Part shown: positions 26,301 through 39,683 of the stretch, in pieces
How positions within the stretch are numbered: position 1 is the first letter of the stretch
Layout of the letters: each line of letters starts with the position of its first letter
Source of the DNA: Nageia nagi
Taxonomy: Eukaryota > Plantae > Pinophyta
Assembly: GCA_050084985.1 (NCBI GenBank)
Contig: JBITNC010000001.1
Span: forward strand, 199,516,001 to 199,580,000
Length of the DNA stretch: 64,000 nucleotides
Direction: 5' to 3'
Made by a program: the position numbers and the translations under genes
Notes under the pieces: generated by a model
Databases searched by the model: none
What the model saw: the letters and a program-made list of their open reading frames with translations, nothing else
Told to the model about the DNA's origin: nothing

Positions 26301-26901
26301 ACCTACAAATAAGTATGGAAATAATATTCGTATGTTAGATATTTTAAAAATAGAGTGTTGTTATTTCCCTTAAAAATAGGAAGGGAGACAATACATGTTT
26401 GTGGGTGCTATTTTAAAATTTGCAAGATGGAAAATTTTATGTTTGGTAAAGTTGTTAATGGTTATGAATAATTTGGTGGAGACTCGATGGGGATAGGATG
26501 AGTTGGTGGACACAACTTAAATTATCTCTACATGGTGACAAGTCAAATAAGTTGTAACAAGAATATTTGTCGGCTAGCTTCCTTGAAATTATAAAAGGAA
26601 GACTAGTCAATTGGATTTATTTTAGTGAAATATTTTGCTAGTCTATGAGGAGTAAAAGGGGGTGAAGAGATAAGAAATTTTCTAAGTGTTGTAACAGGTG
26701 ATAGGCTAGAGAGGATTTAGTACAACTCCATAAAAATAAGAGTTCTTTTTGGGTAATCTTTCTTATGGTGTATTTATTTTTTGGTACATGTAATATACTT
26801 ATGCACTTGGTTGTTTGATTATTATTATTTTTTTTTACTTTGTAAGAAAATAAGAAAAATTTAAAATAAATCCTTTTTAGAAAAAATAATATTATGGATC
26901 A
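23388..26901 (+). mobile_element. Short non-autonomous gag-only LTR retrotransposon (TR-GAG-like)
   Basis: LTRs 23388-24457 and 25914-26901 (TGATCC..GGATCA). Decayed PBS aggtattaaagc ~24461. PPT agtggggagg. 4-bp TSD gatt. Gag WVKKLEAYF..ALKLEAYGLVWWES and knuckle HCNKDGHVKEGC; no RT/INT. Confidence 0.9.
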
Positions 26902-27899
26902 GATTACCTTGCCCCATGTTGAATGGATTGCAAGGGATAATACTCATGCTCAATAAAATGATACAATAATGACTTATTTACCCCATGTTAAATGGATCAT
27001 AAATAAGTGCTCTCCCCATTCAATGTTGAATGGATTGTAAGGAGGATAATGCTCATGATATGGTCACAACAAGATAATGATAACTTTACTCCAAGTAATG
27101 GTAAGTAAATGATTACACTCAAGGATAATGCTAAATCCAATGTGTATGATATGTTGCCAATATTATAGGATGTAGGAATATTAACCTTGAGTTGAGAGGG
27201 GTGGTACCTTCAATCTCAAATTATGGTATGATGGGATGAAAAAGGTGATGTCAACAAAATATTAATTTTCCATTGTTAAGCATTAATTGATCATAATAAA
27301 GATATGTTATCAAATATCAAATCTCATGATAAAGATCAGATATGATTATTTCTCTTTGATGAATGATAAAGTTGAAAACATGAGAAAATAAATTTACCCC
27401 TATAAAAGTCATTATCATTTGTTCCATAAGATTATGTTTCTCTCAAAAACCATGATAGTCAACAATAGATGATCAACCTCAAGAGATTGATTTGTAAGGA
27501 AACATGATAATATGATTATGACCAAGGTGGTTGCATCCTCATTGATAAGAGGCCCATAATGATAATTAGTCAAATTTACCTCAAATATATGTTCCTATGA
27601 TGGTGTTATTATGATTATAAGATGGAAGGCATGCTTGATGAAAGCACAAGGATAATGATGATATGCAAGGACAAACAAGAGATAAAGATAACATGATGAC
27701 ACAATGAGAAATGATGACCAATAATGATGAAGATAAATGATGAGAATACATAAAGATACTCATGATGGTATTATAATGAGTGATTTTTATCCTACCTTGT
27801 AGTATTCATTATTGAAGGATCATGAAAGAGGAGTAGGATCTAATATCGACTCCTAGGATGTCAAGATTAAAACAAAACTTGATGAGAAAATCAAAGTGA

Positions 27900-29000
27900 T
27901 AATGTTTAATATTTAATGTGGAAGCATGCACTTGATTCACATCATGATTAGGAAAATGGTTTTTGAAAACTCCCAAGCATTTATTAGGTGGTGTGATTGG
28001 ATTTATTATTGATATTTTAACATTATATATAAGATATTGGATCGTATGTTTCAATCACATGCACCCATTTATGTTATATCCATTCTACCTATGATAATCA
28101 AAATATTCATTCTTTATGTACCAAGGTCGAGTGGATGCATCAATTTTCATTGACTTCAAGCAATATTATAATATTTTCTTATGTCAATCGTTGTTAGATA
28201 TTCAATAAAGCCTCCATCAAAGGAGTGAAATATCTCTTTTTCTTTTGAACTTTACTATTGATTTGACCTTTCTCATGTAGAATTAGTTATTTAGGAGCTA
28301 TTTGTTATGATGTTATGATGATTGGTTGTAGCGTTATCATTGCTTGGTTGACATAATAAGATATTTGATTGTTGTATGGATTTTGATATGTTTGATTGTT
28401 GTTGCTACTATTGTTGTGTTTTTTTTATCATTGTTATTATTCTTCATGCATAGCTTGATTTCACTTGATTGAATCTTAACTTATTCAATAAGATTTTCTT
28501 GTGATAATGCTTCCTCAAAAGACTTGTATTATTTTATTTGCAAGATAGAAGATATTTCCTTGTTACAACTTTTGCTAAACAATTTGATGACATTTTCTTA
28601 TAGCAAGGAATATTGAAAATTGATCATGATATCTCTCTTTGCTACATAATCATTGATTGAATCATCATAATATTGTGATATTATTCTTAATTATATGATA
28701 GATGCTCTCTTTATCATGTTGATGGCAAAATGGTCTAAGAAAAGATTAGCCAATTGCTAAAAAGAGTAGATGCTATGTTGGGGCAAGTTGTACCAATGTA
28801 AAGTTTGACCCACTAATTTCATTGGAAATGTTCATAGCATGAGAACATTTCCATTACTTATGATGTATCAAGATTATTTAAATTATTTTAAGTGTTATAT
28901 TGGATCTTCTTTTTCTTTGAATTTCTCCATGTAAGCAACTTCAAACTTGTAACATAATTACTTAATAGGAATCATGGGGTTGATTGGTTCATTAATAATT
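27900..29000 (-). pseudogene. Tat/Ogre-type gag remnant of the 21925-42421 element
   Basis: Reverse strand reads FPMKLVGQTLHWYN..HSIYSF*QLANLFL, plus a decayed knuckle NEYFDYHR*NGYNINGCM*LKHTIQYLI. Confidence 0.7.
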
Positions 29001-32000
29001 GAATGGTAAAACATATTGCTTTTGATTTGACTATTTATCTTGAGTTCCATTTATTGAAACCTCTTTAATATATCATCATGAATTATTGGATTTTGTTGAT
29101 TTTCCATGCTTTGCATTTGATATGTTGGTTGTTGATATCCTTTTTACATGCTTTGTCCCAATGTTTAATTCTATGTTTGATTAGGAATAAATTGACTTTG
29201 TGCTATGTAAAGCTGATTGGGTTGATGAGCTATTTGATTGATGTATCCTTGATCTTGATATGATGGATGATTCAAAACATGTTGAAAAGATCGAGCTTGA
29301 TTCATGAATATTTGAGGACATATTTGTTGCAATTATTTTTATGTATGATTGATAGGAAATATTTGGTTTTCCAACATGGAAAACTTGTTGAGGTTGAATT
29401 TGATTTTAATTAGGGGTCCTAAAAGGCTTGGGATTATGATTTATCCCTAAACCATGTGATGTGTCTTGATTAGAAAAAAAATGCATAACCAAAGGAGGTG
29501 CACTAGAAGACCTAACTTAATGAGTGTGATGATATGAAATAGATCCATGGTTAACATTGATATGTTGTGCACTTGATATCACATGAGACACTTGTTGTTG
29601 ACAATGATGTGGCTAGTGGATTTTGTGAAATCATTTGTTGTATTTATTGGTTTGAAATTGAGTTGTTGCAATAATTGGTGACATGGTGAAAAATAAAGTA
29701 TCATGATGTGAAGGATCAACATGTTGAATGAAATTGTGAGATAAACTTGATGGACCTTATTATTTATTATATGAAGAAAAATGGTTGAGAGGAGCCAAAA
29801 TTGATTGAAAATGGTAAGGATATTCAAATTCAATCAAAGCAATTTCCTTATGCCCATGAGGAGATAAATCAACATACTAAGATTGATGCTTATGATATGA
29901 AGGTTCACCAATTTGATTATGCCATGCAATATATTGGCTAACCTTAAATTTTTCAAACAAAATTTGCACAATAGTATCACTCATAAAAAGTTATTACAAT
30001 GTAAGGTCATGTTGAAAATCATTAACATCATGGGGTGAATGAATAGGGCCTTCAAACAAGGGATTGCTATGCAAGTTAGTTTCAATGGTCCTATGAGCTT
30101 TTGACATGTAAAATCTAGGAGAAGGTTGAGGTTGACATGTTTATTTTTTTTTTGCTTATGCTCTTATTTTTGATAGATTCACATAAAGATAATCCATTTA
30201 TTTAAAGTGTGAAAAAAGAAAATATTAAATGATTTATCTTAATAGTGAAAAACAAGTAAAGAAAATAAACACTCAAACTATGTGATGAGCCAATCTAGGG
30301 TTCACTCCTCAAACATGCCCTAGGAGAGGGAAATTTGGATTCTTGCTCCAAAATTGCTCAAAATAATCTCAAACATGCATAAAATATTTGATGATTTTCT
30401 AGGAATGAAAAATATGAAATCAAACTTGAAAAAAATAACTTCAAATCCAACATATAGCTATGATAAGGAATTACAAAATTAATGCATGAAAAATCCTCTA
30501 GTATTATAATTACTTGATCAGGGAGAAAATAATGAAGTAAATAATGCAAAGATAATAGCAAGATATGGATAGTGAAATGTAATTATATTGATTACAAAAG
30601 CATAATTACAAATATTTTTATCAACCTAAGGAGCTTGTTCCAAGACTACCTCTAATAGAGTTATTTTGGATGGCTCCAAGGCCTCACTAATCCCAAAAGT
30701 AGTGAGGCATAAACCAGGTCTCCTTTGTAGCAACTATGATGGAACTAATAAAATTCCTCTCAATATGGCTAGAGTAAGTTCAAGGGTAGCCTCTTATCCC
30801 CTTGATACTTCAAATGCAAGTTTCCCTACAAGTGGTGAAGAAAGAGTTCTCAAACTCAATATGAAAAAAAGGGTCTAATATCAAAATTAGCTTATCTCAT
30901 AATGAATATGATTCCTCCTTTTATAGGCAAAGGTGATCATCTTCTAATCTTGCATTGAGATGATCCAAAGGTGGAGAGATGTGATCCATGTGCTCATGTA
31001 TGCAACATCCAAGATAGAGAGCCTTAGGATGGATGAAATCACATCTAAGGTTAGGAATGTCATCATACAATAGGGGGTGATGGTGGAGCACCTTGTGATT
31101 AGTGCCATAGGTACAAGTGCCAAGGAGGGCCAACATGGGATCTTCAGATGCTCACATGCCCAACATCCATGATAAGAGTTCTTCCACTTACCTCAATATT
31201 ACCAACACTTAGTTCGAAGTGCCATGTTCAACCTTGGATCTCCAAATGACCTTATGGTTGATGCAATCATCTAGGGGGATGCTGTACCTTGAATATGGGT
31301 ACTAATGAATAGATATATATTTAATACCAATATTATAATCATCAAGGCCAAGATATGTAAGACCTTGTTTAAGGAGACTAATATTGCATTTAAATATAAT
31401 TTCCTTAGCATTAAAAATATAAACATTATTGGTATTTTATTAATTAAATTAAAAATAAATAAGTAAATAAAAGGACCATTTATTCCATAATTAGAGCTTT
31501 ATTAAGTCTCTTAGTGGAATTTACAACATTTTGGCCAAATTTTACAATAATAGATAAAATCAATCCTAAATTAATGTTCCCATTTATGAGAGGTGAAATG
31601 AGGAAACAACTAAAAAATAGGGACATTTCAAGTCCACCCTCCCTAAATTAATTATCCCCAAGCAATTCAAAAAATCCACTTCTATAGGAGCATCTTCTTG
31701 GTTGATCCAAGAATCTTCAAGCTATGCCTTCTTCTTTCCAGTAGCTTCTATCCTATGGAACTCAATGTTTGCTTCTCCAAGATCCTTCATTGCATGAAGT
31801 ACCACCTTTTTTCCATGCATTTTAAACTTCATCTCTAATGTTTTGTAGTTGAAAACTAATTCTAGTGTATACAACCATTGTACCATAAGCACTATGTGTG
31901 GTAGTTGTCCAAGGAGAAGAATGTATGTATAAATCACTAATGACTACATAATCTCCCAATTTAACCTTGACATTTTCCACTAGCTTGTGGTTAGTTATTG

Positions 32001-33819
32001 TATTGCCATTTTCAATTGCTACATCAAACCTAAAGAATTCCTTTGTTTTAAATCCTTTCTTTTTCATAATTTTTTTTTATAAAATTATGGGCATATCCTC
32101 CATCAATGAGTACCATAATGTTTATATTTACCACTAGTCCTATCTTGATTGTTACAAATTACAAAGGTCCTTTTAACATGGCTAGTGCTCCTCCAATATC
32201 TAAAACTCCCATTTCATGTTAGCATGTGCTCATCTCTTCATCTAAGTCTTCTTGCACTTCACATACCTACAAGTACATGTATTGATCCTTTTTGTTACAT
32301 CAATGCACTCTTTTCAAAGGATTGTAATAAGTAAAATAGAGCTTTTATTTCCATATTACCTCTCATGTAGCATAGTCCAATCCATTTGCGAGTCTTTGAA
32401 TAGGCAATGGAGATTTGCCTTTCATTGGTTCCTTATTTGCACTTGTTGCTTGCACCCTATCGTAGGAGTATTAGTGAAAACTCTCTTTAGGTAGCTAAAT
32501 TATTTGAACAACTTAGCCTTGTGAATGGACATGGATAAAGTGGATGGTTTAATGGATTTTACTAATGATTTGATTGATTATTATAAACCATTTATGAAGA
32601 TATATGCTATCCTTACATATTTCATATTAGGGACATATACCACAATCCTTTGAAATTCCTCAATGTATGCATCCATGGTAGTTGTGTGTTGAAGCATAAC
32701 CAACTCTTTGAAATACTCCTCTATATGCTTGTGTTGAATCCTATCAAGCACCCTTTGGCTAAAGACTTCAAAGGTATTAACCTTTCCATGCCCTAGCATA
32801 ATGATATCATTGTGCCACCATTCATAGGTTATTTCATATGAACACATGGTTTCTATCTTAATTTCTTCTTCTTTCACTCATGGGATGGAAAGAAAAATAA
32901 GTTTGTAGTTTCTACAACCAAGCCCTTATGGATATTTTGTCACTCCCATCAAAATTAGGTAGGGGCACCTTGGGTTTCTTATCATTTTATGGTTTTGGGT
33001 ACTTCCAATTTTTCTATCTTATGGGTATCCCACTATGTATGGAAGGGTACAATTGTTCTAAATATTTCAAGTTTATCCATATAATCTTAAAGCAATTCAT
33101 CCATATTTTCTTCATCTTGCTCATTCTGCTAAATTTCCTTGGGGGTGAAAGATGACTCCATAATTTGAAGGGATGGAGTATATCTTGAGGATGCTTCATT
33201 CTCAATTGGGGTCCCTTGATTTGATGCCTTCATTTTTGTCATCATCTTAGTTAAGAGGATGATTAAAGCATCTAGCATTTATTCAACCATTTTAATATTT
33301 TACCTTTTATTCCTGCATTGATATTGCTTGTAGATCTTAGGTGGCATGAACTATGAATGCTTGTCTTGAAACTCAATGTATTCACCTAGTATAAAAATGG
33401 TACAAAAGAGATTCAGCCTTCCTTAATTTGCTAAAATTATCAATGTCCAATCTCTAATGGATGATTTTCTTAGAATCATAATAAATTAAGCCTCTTATAC
33501 ACCCAACATCTCACTTTCAACCTCAAATTTTAGACACAACAAGAAGATTAATTCAATGTATCCTCCTTAGGACTCCATGGTGTAGATACCATCATGACAT
33601 TTAGTCAATATCAAAAAATCAACTCTCCTATTTTCTAATAACCTCTTTGTAATGACTTGTAACTCCAAATTTGTTAGAAAATAATGGCTAATATGTCTAA
33701 TAATCCTACCAAATTATTATTTCTTATCTTCCATGATGAAAATGAGTTAATACTTACAAGTAATGATACTTGTGATGCAGCTCAAACATCCAATTGGGCT
33801 CAACAAATGAACATCCCAC

Positions 33820-34560
33820 TTCCAATGCTCCCAAAATGTAGAAAAGTTTTGAGAAACCATTTAGAAACTCAATATCTAACCTCTATGAATCCCAAATGTA
33901 GAAAAAATTCTAAAAATCCATCAAACCTCTAATGTTTGGCCTAGAATGAACTTAAAATATCAAACTAACTTCAAAAGAATCCTCATTATGCCATGTTTTC
34001 TTTAGAATGATCCCAAAACATAGCTTACATCTCAAAATATCCCATAGTATGCCAATGTTTACCTCAATTTTACTCCAAAATGTAGATCAATCTTCACAAA
34101 TTCCCTTAAACTATTAACATTCAGCTTAGGGGACCCTCAAAATGTAGAAAGGAACTTAGAAATACCCCTAGTATGCCAACATATGGCCATAAATGATCCT
34201 GAAACACAAGATAGGATTCAAAATCCTTCTAATTGGATAATATATGCCTTTAAATGGACTAAAAGTGTAGAAAAATCCTTCTAAAAGCACTTAAAATACC
34301 AATGTATATATCCTAAAGAGCTTAAAATATGAAAATGAAATAAAAAAATGCCCTCAGTAATGAAACATCTAGCTTTAGGTGACCCAAAAATGTAATGTTT
34401 AACTTTTGATGGTCTTGGAATACAGCTTAAGATACAAAAAAAACCCTCAAAAATGCAACATCTAACTTTAGGTAGTCCCAAAATGCAACTTGATACTCCA
34501 TATATCCCTCAAAACACCAATTTCCTTCTTATGAAGGCCTCAAAATTCTAAATGAGCCTC
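33820..34560. repeat. Degenerate ~60-bp tandem repeats in the 5' UTR of the 30281-40194 element
   Basis: cccaaaatgtagaaa-like core at ~33830, 33890, 34011, 34075, 34137, 34260, 34384 and 34478. Confidence 0.6.
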
Positions 34561-36072
34561 AAACTGGCTCCTAGAATACCAACATTCCCCTTCAGGTTGG
34601 CCAATAATGCTAATGTTTAGCTCCAAATGAGCTCAAAATCTCTAGATAAACCCTTATTCCTCCTTTGAACTCAAATTTATCAAAAATAAACATCATACTT
34701 GATATCAAAATGTTATTATTTTTAAAGTGTATCTTATCAAGCTAGATGAACCTCCTCAATACCTTTGAATTCAAAATTAGGGCTATAAAATGCCTAAGGA
34801 CTTGTCAAAAGGATGATATAGGGCTTCTAGATCCCCAATATCTTTCTCCAAAAATTTAAGTCCTTTGAAAACTCCTTCGTAGTGACCATTGTGTTGCTAG
34901 ATCAACTCGTGTATGATACAAACTTTTTCTCTTCAAACATGATAGCAAGATCTCTTAGCAAATACACTATGAGCACTATGATCCCAACAAAATATCATAA
35001 TAAGTCTTCTTCAACTTCTTCAATAATCATCTTTAGAAACAACTCCTCAAATCTTACCTAACAACAAGGGAAATATCTTGAATCCTTCACTCAACAAATC
35101 TTCCATGTGTTATACCACTATGATGTGGTTATCCCAAGTCTTCAACTCCAACTCAAAACCCTCCATGAATTATGCCCTTAATTCAAAAAATATGGTAAAA
35201 TTAAGGCTCTAATACCACTATGATGCGTTGTTCTAGGGTTTACTCCTCAAACATTGCCTAGGAGAGGGACATTTGGCTTCTTGCTCCAAAATTGTTCAAA
35301 ACAAGCTCATACATACCTAAAATATTTGATGAATTGCTAGAAATGAAAAATATGAAATCAAACTTGTAGAAAATGCCTTCAAATCTAATGTCTAGATATG
35401 ATTAGAAATTACAAAATTAATGCAAATCAACAACTTGATGAAGGAGCAAATCAGGAAGTAAACAATGCAAAATACCACTCTAGATCCAATGTCCAAGGAT
35501 AGGAAGATAAATAGCAAGATATGGATAGAAAAATGTAATTATATTGATTAAATAATGGCAAAAGGACAATTACACATATTTTTATCAACCTAAAGATCTT
35601 GTTCTAGGAATACCTCCAATAGGGTTACTTCAAATGGATCCAAGGCATCACTAATCCTAGAAATAATGAGGTGCAGATTAGGTCTCCTCTATAGCAACTA
35701 TGATGGAACTAGTAACATTCCTCTCAAGATGGCAAGAGTAAGTTCAAAGGTAGCCTCCTATCCCCTCAATACCTCAAATGCAAGTTGCCCTACAAGTGGT
35801 GAAGAAAGAGTTCTCACATTCAATCTAGAAAAAGGGTTTAATATCAAAATTAGCATATCTCATAATGGATACTTATCCTCCTTTTATAGGTGAGGGTGAT
35901 TATCTTATAATCTTGCATTGAGATGATCCAATGATGGAGAGATGTGATATATGTGCTCATGCATGCAATGTATAATATGATAATGAATGAATTCACATAT
36001 AAGGGCTAGGAATGCTAATGTTTAAGAGGAGGTGATGTCGAAGCACCTTGTGACCATTTCTATAGGTCCAAG

Positions 36073-39000
36073 TGTAGATGTCTCAAAATGAATTATTATT
36101 ATTTAAATAATTTATTTTATAACATCAAGGAGATTTATTGTAAAAAGGGGTTAAAATAATACCCAAGAAAATATAATCAATGTAATTGACCATTGTATAA
36201 TGTAATAAGGGATCAAATGTCTAAAAAACTCCTCAAATGATGTAATGTGCAATGATCCCAAGAATCCAAGAAGACAAGGATGTTGCTATATAAAGACATC
36301 AAAGGCAATACAAAAGATATCATGCAAGAGTAACAAAAGATCCTAGAGAGACTCTAATGAATGCAATATCACTCTATCCTATGAATAATTATGTTTTGTA
36401 TCACCACCTCTACATAGATCTATTAAATCCTTCATTTTGCTCTTGCATTCTTTTATTCCATTCATAATTCTATTTATTCCATGATGTTGGTGGTGTAGTA
36501 CTTATGGGCCATTGGCGGTGTACATATGGATGAATGCATGTTTTTGTTTGATGAATGGATTTCTTTATGTGATTTTGATGAAGGTACATTGATTATCATT
36601 ATTTGTTGTTACCATATTTCTGATATATGCTTCAATATAATATTGTAGACAAATAGTGTGTACCATGAACATAAAATGCAAGTATGCTAATGGTCAACAA
36701 TATGACTAGTGAGAGTTTACTCACTTAAAAGTTAAATTGATGATGTGGTCATGAGCAAGATGTTGACATTGGCTCATACCCAATGGATGATACAACTTGC
36801 TATTTATCCATATAGTTTTTGCTTTGAACCATATAAAGCATAATATCTTTGGGTCATAGACATAAACATATGACCATCGATGGCCAATGATATATATAGT
36901 GAGAGTTCACTCACCTAAAAGATAAATTGACAATGCAACCATAAGTAGATTGTTGACATTATCTCATCTCCAATGGATGCCATGACTCACTATGCATCCA
37001 TAATTTTTATGCAATGTGTGAATAACACCTTTTTGTAGGTATCTACATTGTGAAGAATAGAAAAAAGTACAAAGAAACCTACATCATTAGCGATGTGCTT
37101 ACTATTCCTACATCACCAACAACATATAAATCATTATAAAAAAAGATTACCTCCTCTATTTCAATTCATGGATGTAAGTGTGATAAATTATTATGTATTA
37201 GACATAATGAAATGACCAAATTCATGGTTGAATAGTGTAAGGGAAAAAATGATATATTTCATTTTAGAGATTGGATATGGGATCATAAGACTACTTGATA
37301 GTAGAGTTCCTTCCAAAATAAAGATATCATAGTAGCTGGAGAGATGCAATTATTTAGATTTTTCATTGGTTGCACCACTCAAGGATCTTTCCAAAGGCAT
37401 TCAAGCCAAAAGGGGGTAGCAAAGGACCCTCACCATCAACATCAACTGATAATGTAGCAAAGAGTTCAAATTTTTTTTAAAAAAATTCTTTTGAAATTAT
37501 TCTTTGGACATTTAATTTCATTACTTCAATCACACCTCCAAAGAGGGGCAAAACGTAGATGTCTAAAAGTGAATTATTATTTTTAAATAATTCATTTTAT
37601 AGAATCAAAGATATTTATTGTAAAAAGGGGTTAAAATAATACCCAAGGTAATGTAATCAATGTAATGGACCATTGTACAATGTAAGAAGGGGTCAAATGT
37701 CAAAGACTTCTCAAATTATGTAATGTGTAATGATCCTAAGAATCCAAGAAGATAAGAATGTTGCTATATAAATATATCAAAGGCAACACAAAAGATATCA
37801 TGTAAGAGTACCAAAAGATCCTAGAGAGATTCCAACGAATGCAATATCACTCTATCCTACCAATAACAATGTTTTGTAACACCACCTATGCATAGATTTT
37901 TTTAACCCTTCATTTCACTCTCGTATGCTTTAGTCCATTCATAATAATATTTATTCCATGACACTGGCAGTGTAACACTTATGGGCCATTAGCAGCATGC
38001 ATATGGATGAATGCATGTTCGTATTTGATGAATGGATTTCTTTATATGATATTTATGTGATTGTGATGAAGGTACATTGATTATTATTATTAATTATTAT
38101 CATATTTTTGATATATGCTTCAATATAATATTGTAGACAAATAGTTCAAACCATGGACATAAAATGCAAGGTCACTAATGGCCAATGATATGACTAGTGA
38201 GAGTTCACTTAAAAGCTAAATCGATGATGCATCCATGAGCAAGATGTTGACATTGGCTCATCCCAAATGGATGCTACAACTTGTTATGTATTCATATGGT
38301 TTTTGCTTTGAACCATAGAAAGCATAATGTCTTCAGGTCATAGACATAAAATGTATGATCACCAATGGCCAACGATATATATAGTGCAAGTTCACTTACT
38401 TAAAAGATAAATCTATGATGCAGTTGTAAATAGATTGTTAATATTGGCTCATCTCCAATGGATGACACAACTCACTATACATCCAAAATATTTTATGGAA
38501 AGTATGACTAACACCTTTTTGCAAGTATCTACATCATGAAGAACATAAGAAAGTACAAAGAAATCTATGTCATCAATGGGTGCTTATTGTTCTTACACTG
38601 GCAAGAGCATATAAATCATTGAAAATTCATTAGAACAAAAGATTGCCTTCTCTATTTCAAGGCATGGATGTAAGTGTGAGAGATTCTCAGGTATCAGATA
38701 CAACAAAACTACCATATTCATGGTTAAATAGTGCAAGGGGCAAATAGATATATTTCATTTTAGAGATTGGACATGGGACCATAGGACTACTTGATAGAAG
38801 AGTTCCTTCTAGAACAAAGACATCACAGTAGCTAGAGAGATGCAATTCTCCAAATTTTGCCTTGGTTGTACCACTCAAGGACATTTCCTAGTTCATCCAA
38901 GCTAAAAGGGGGTAGAAAAGGACCCTCATCATCAACATCAACTAATAGTACAACAAAGAGTTCAAAGTTCTAAAAAATAATTCTTTTGAAATTATTCTTT

Positions 39001-39683
39001 GGACATGTAACTTCATTTCTTTAATCACATCTCCAAAGAGGGACAAAATCTAGATGCTTAAAAATGAATTATTATTATTTAAATAATTCATTTTATAGCA
39101 TTAAGAATATTTATTGTAAAAAGGGGTTAAAATAATACCCAAGGCAATGTAATCAATGTAATGGACCATTGTACAATGTAAGAAGGGATCAAATATCTAA
39201 AAGACTCCTCAAATGATCTAATGTGCAATGATCCCAAAAATCCAAGAAGATAAAGACATTTATATATAAAAACATCAAAGGAAACACAAAAGATATCAAG
39301 CAAGAGTACCAAAAGATCCTAGAGAGACTCCAACAAATGCAATATCAGTTTATCCTACCAATAATGATGTTTTGTAACACTACCTATGCATAGATTTGTT
39401 AAACCCTTCGTTTCGCTCTTGCATGCTTTTATTCCATTCATAATTCTATTTGTTTCATGATGCTAGTGGCGTAGCACTTATGGGCCATTGGCTATGTGCA
39501 TATGGGTGAATGCATGTTCGTGTTTGATGAATGGATTGCTTTATGTGATGTGTATGCAATTGCAATGAAGATATATTGATTATTATTATTTATTGTTGCC
39601 ATATTTCTAATATATGCTTCAATATAATATTGTAGACAAATAGTGTGTCAATTATATCATTTATACATTATTTAAGGTCTACA
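36073..39683 (+). mobile_element. Non-coding three-LTR tandem LTR element (~1.49-kb unit, ~2.4 copies)
   Basis: Ends TGTAGA..TCTACA with perfect TSD ccaag (36068-36072, 39684-39688). LTR starts at 36073, 37554 and 39049; the last two are preceded by PPT aaagaggg(g/a)caaaa. Each unit contains a ~190-bp sub-duplication. Confidence 0.88.
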
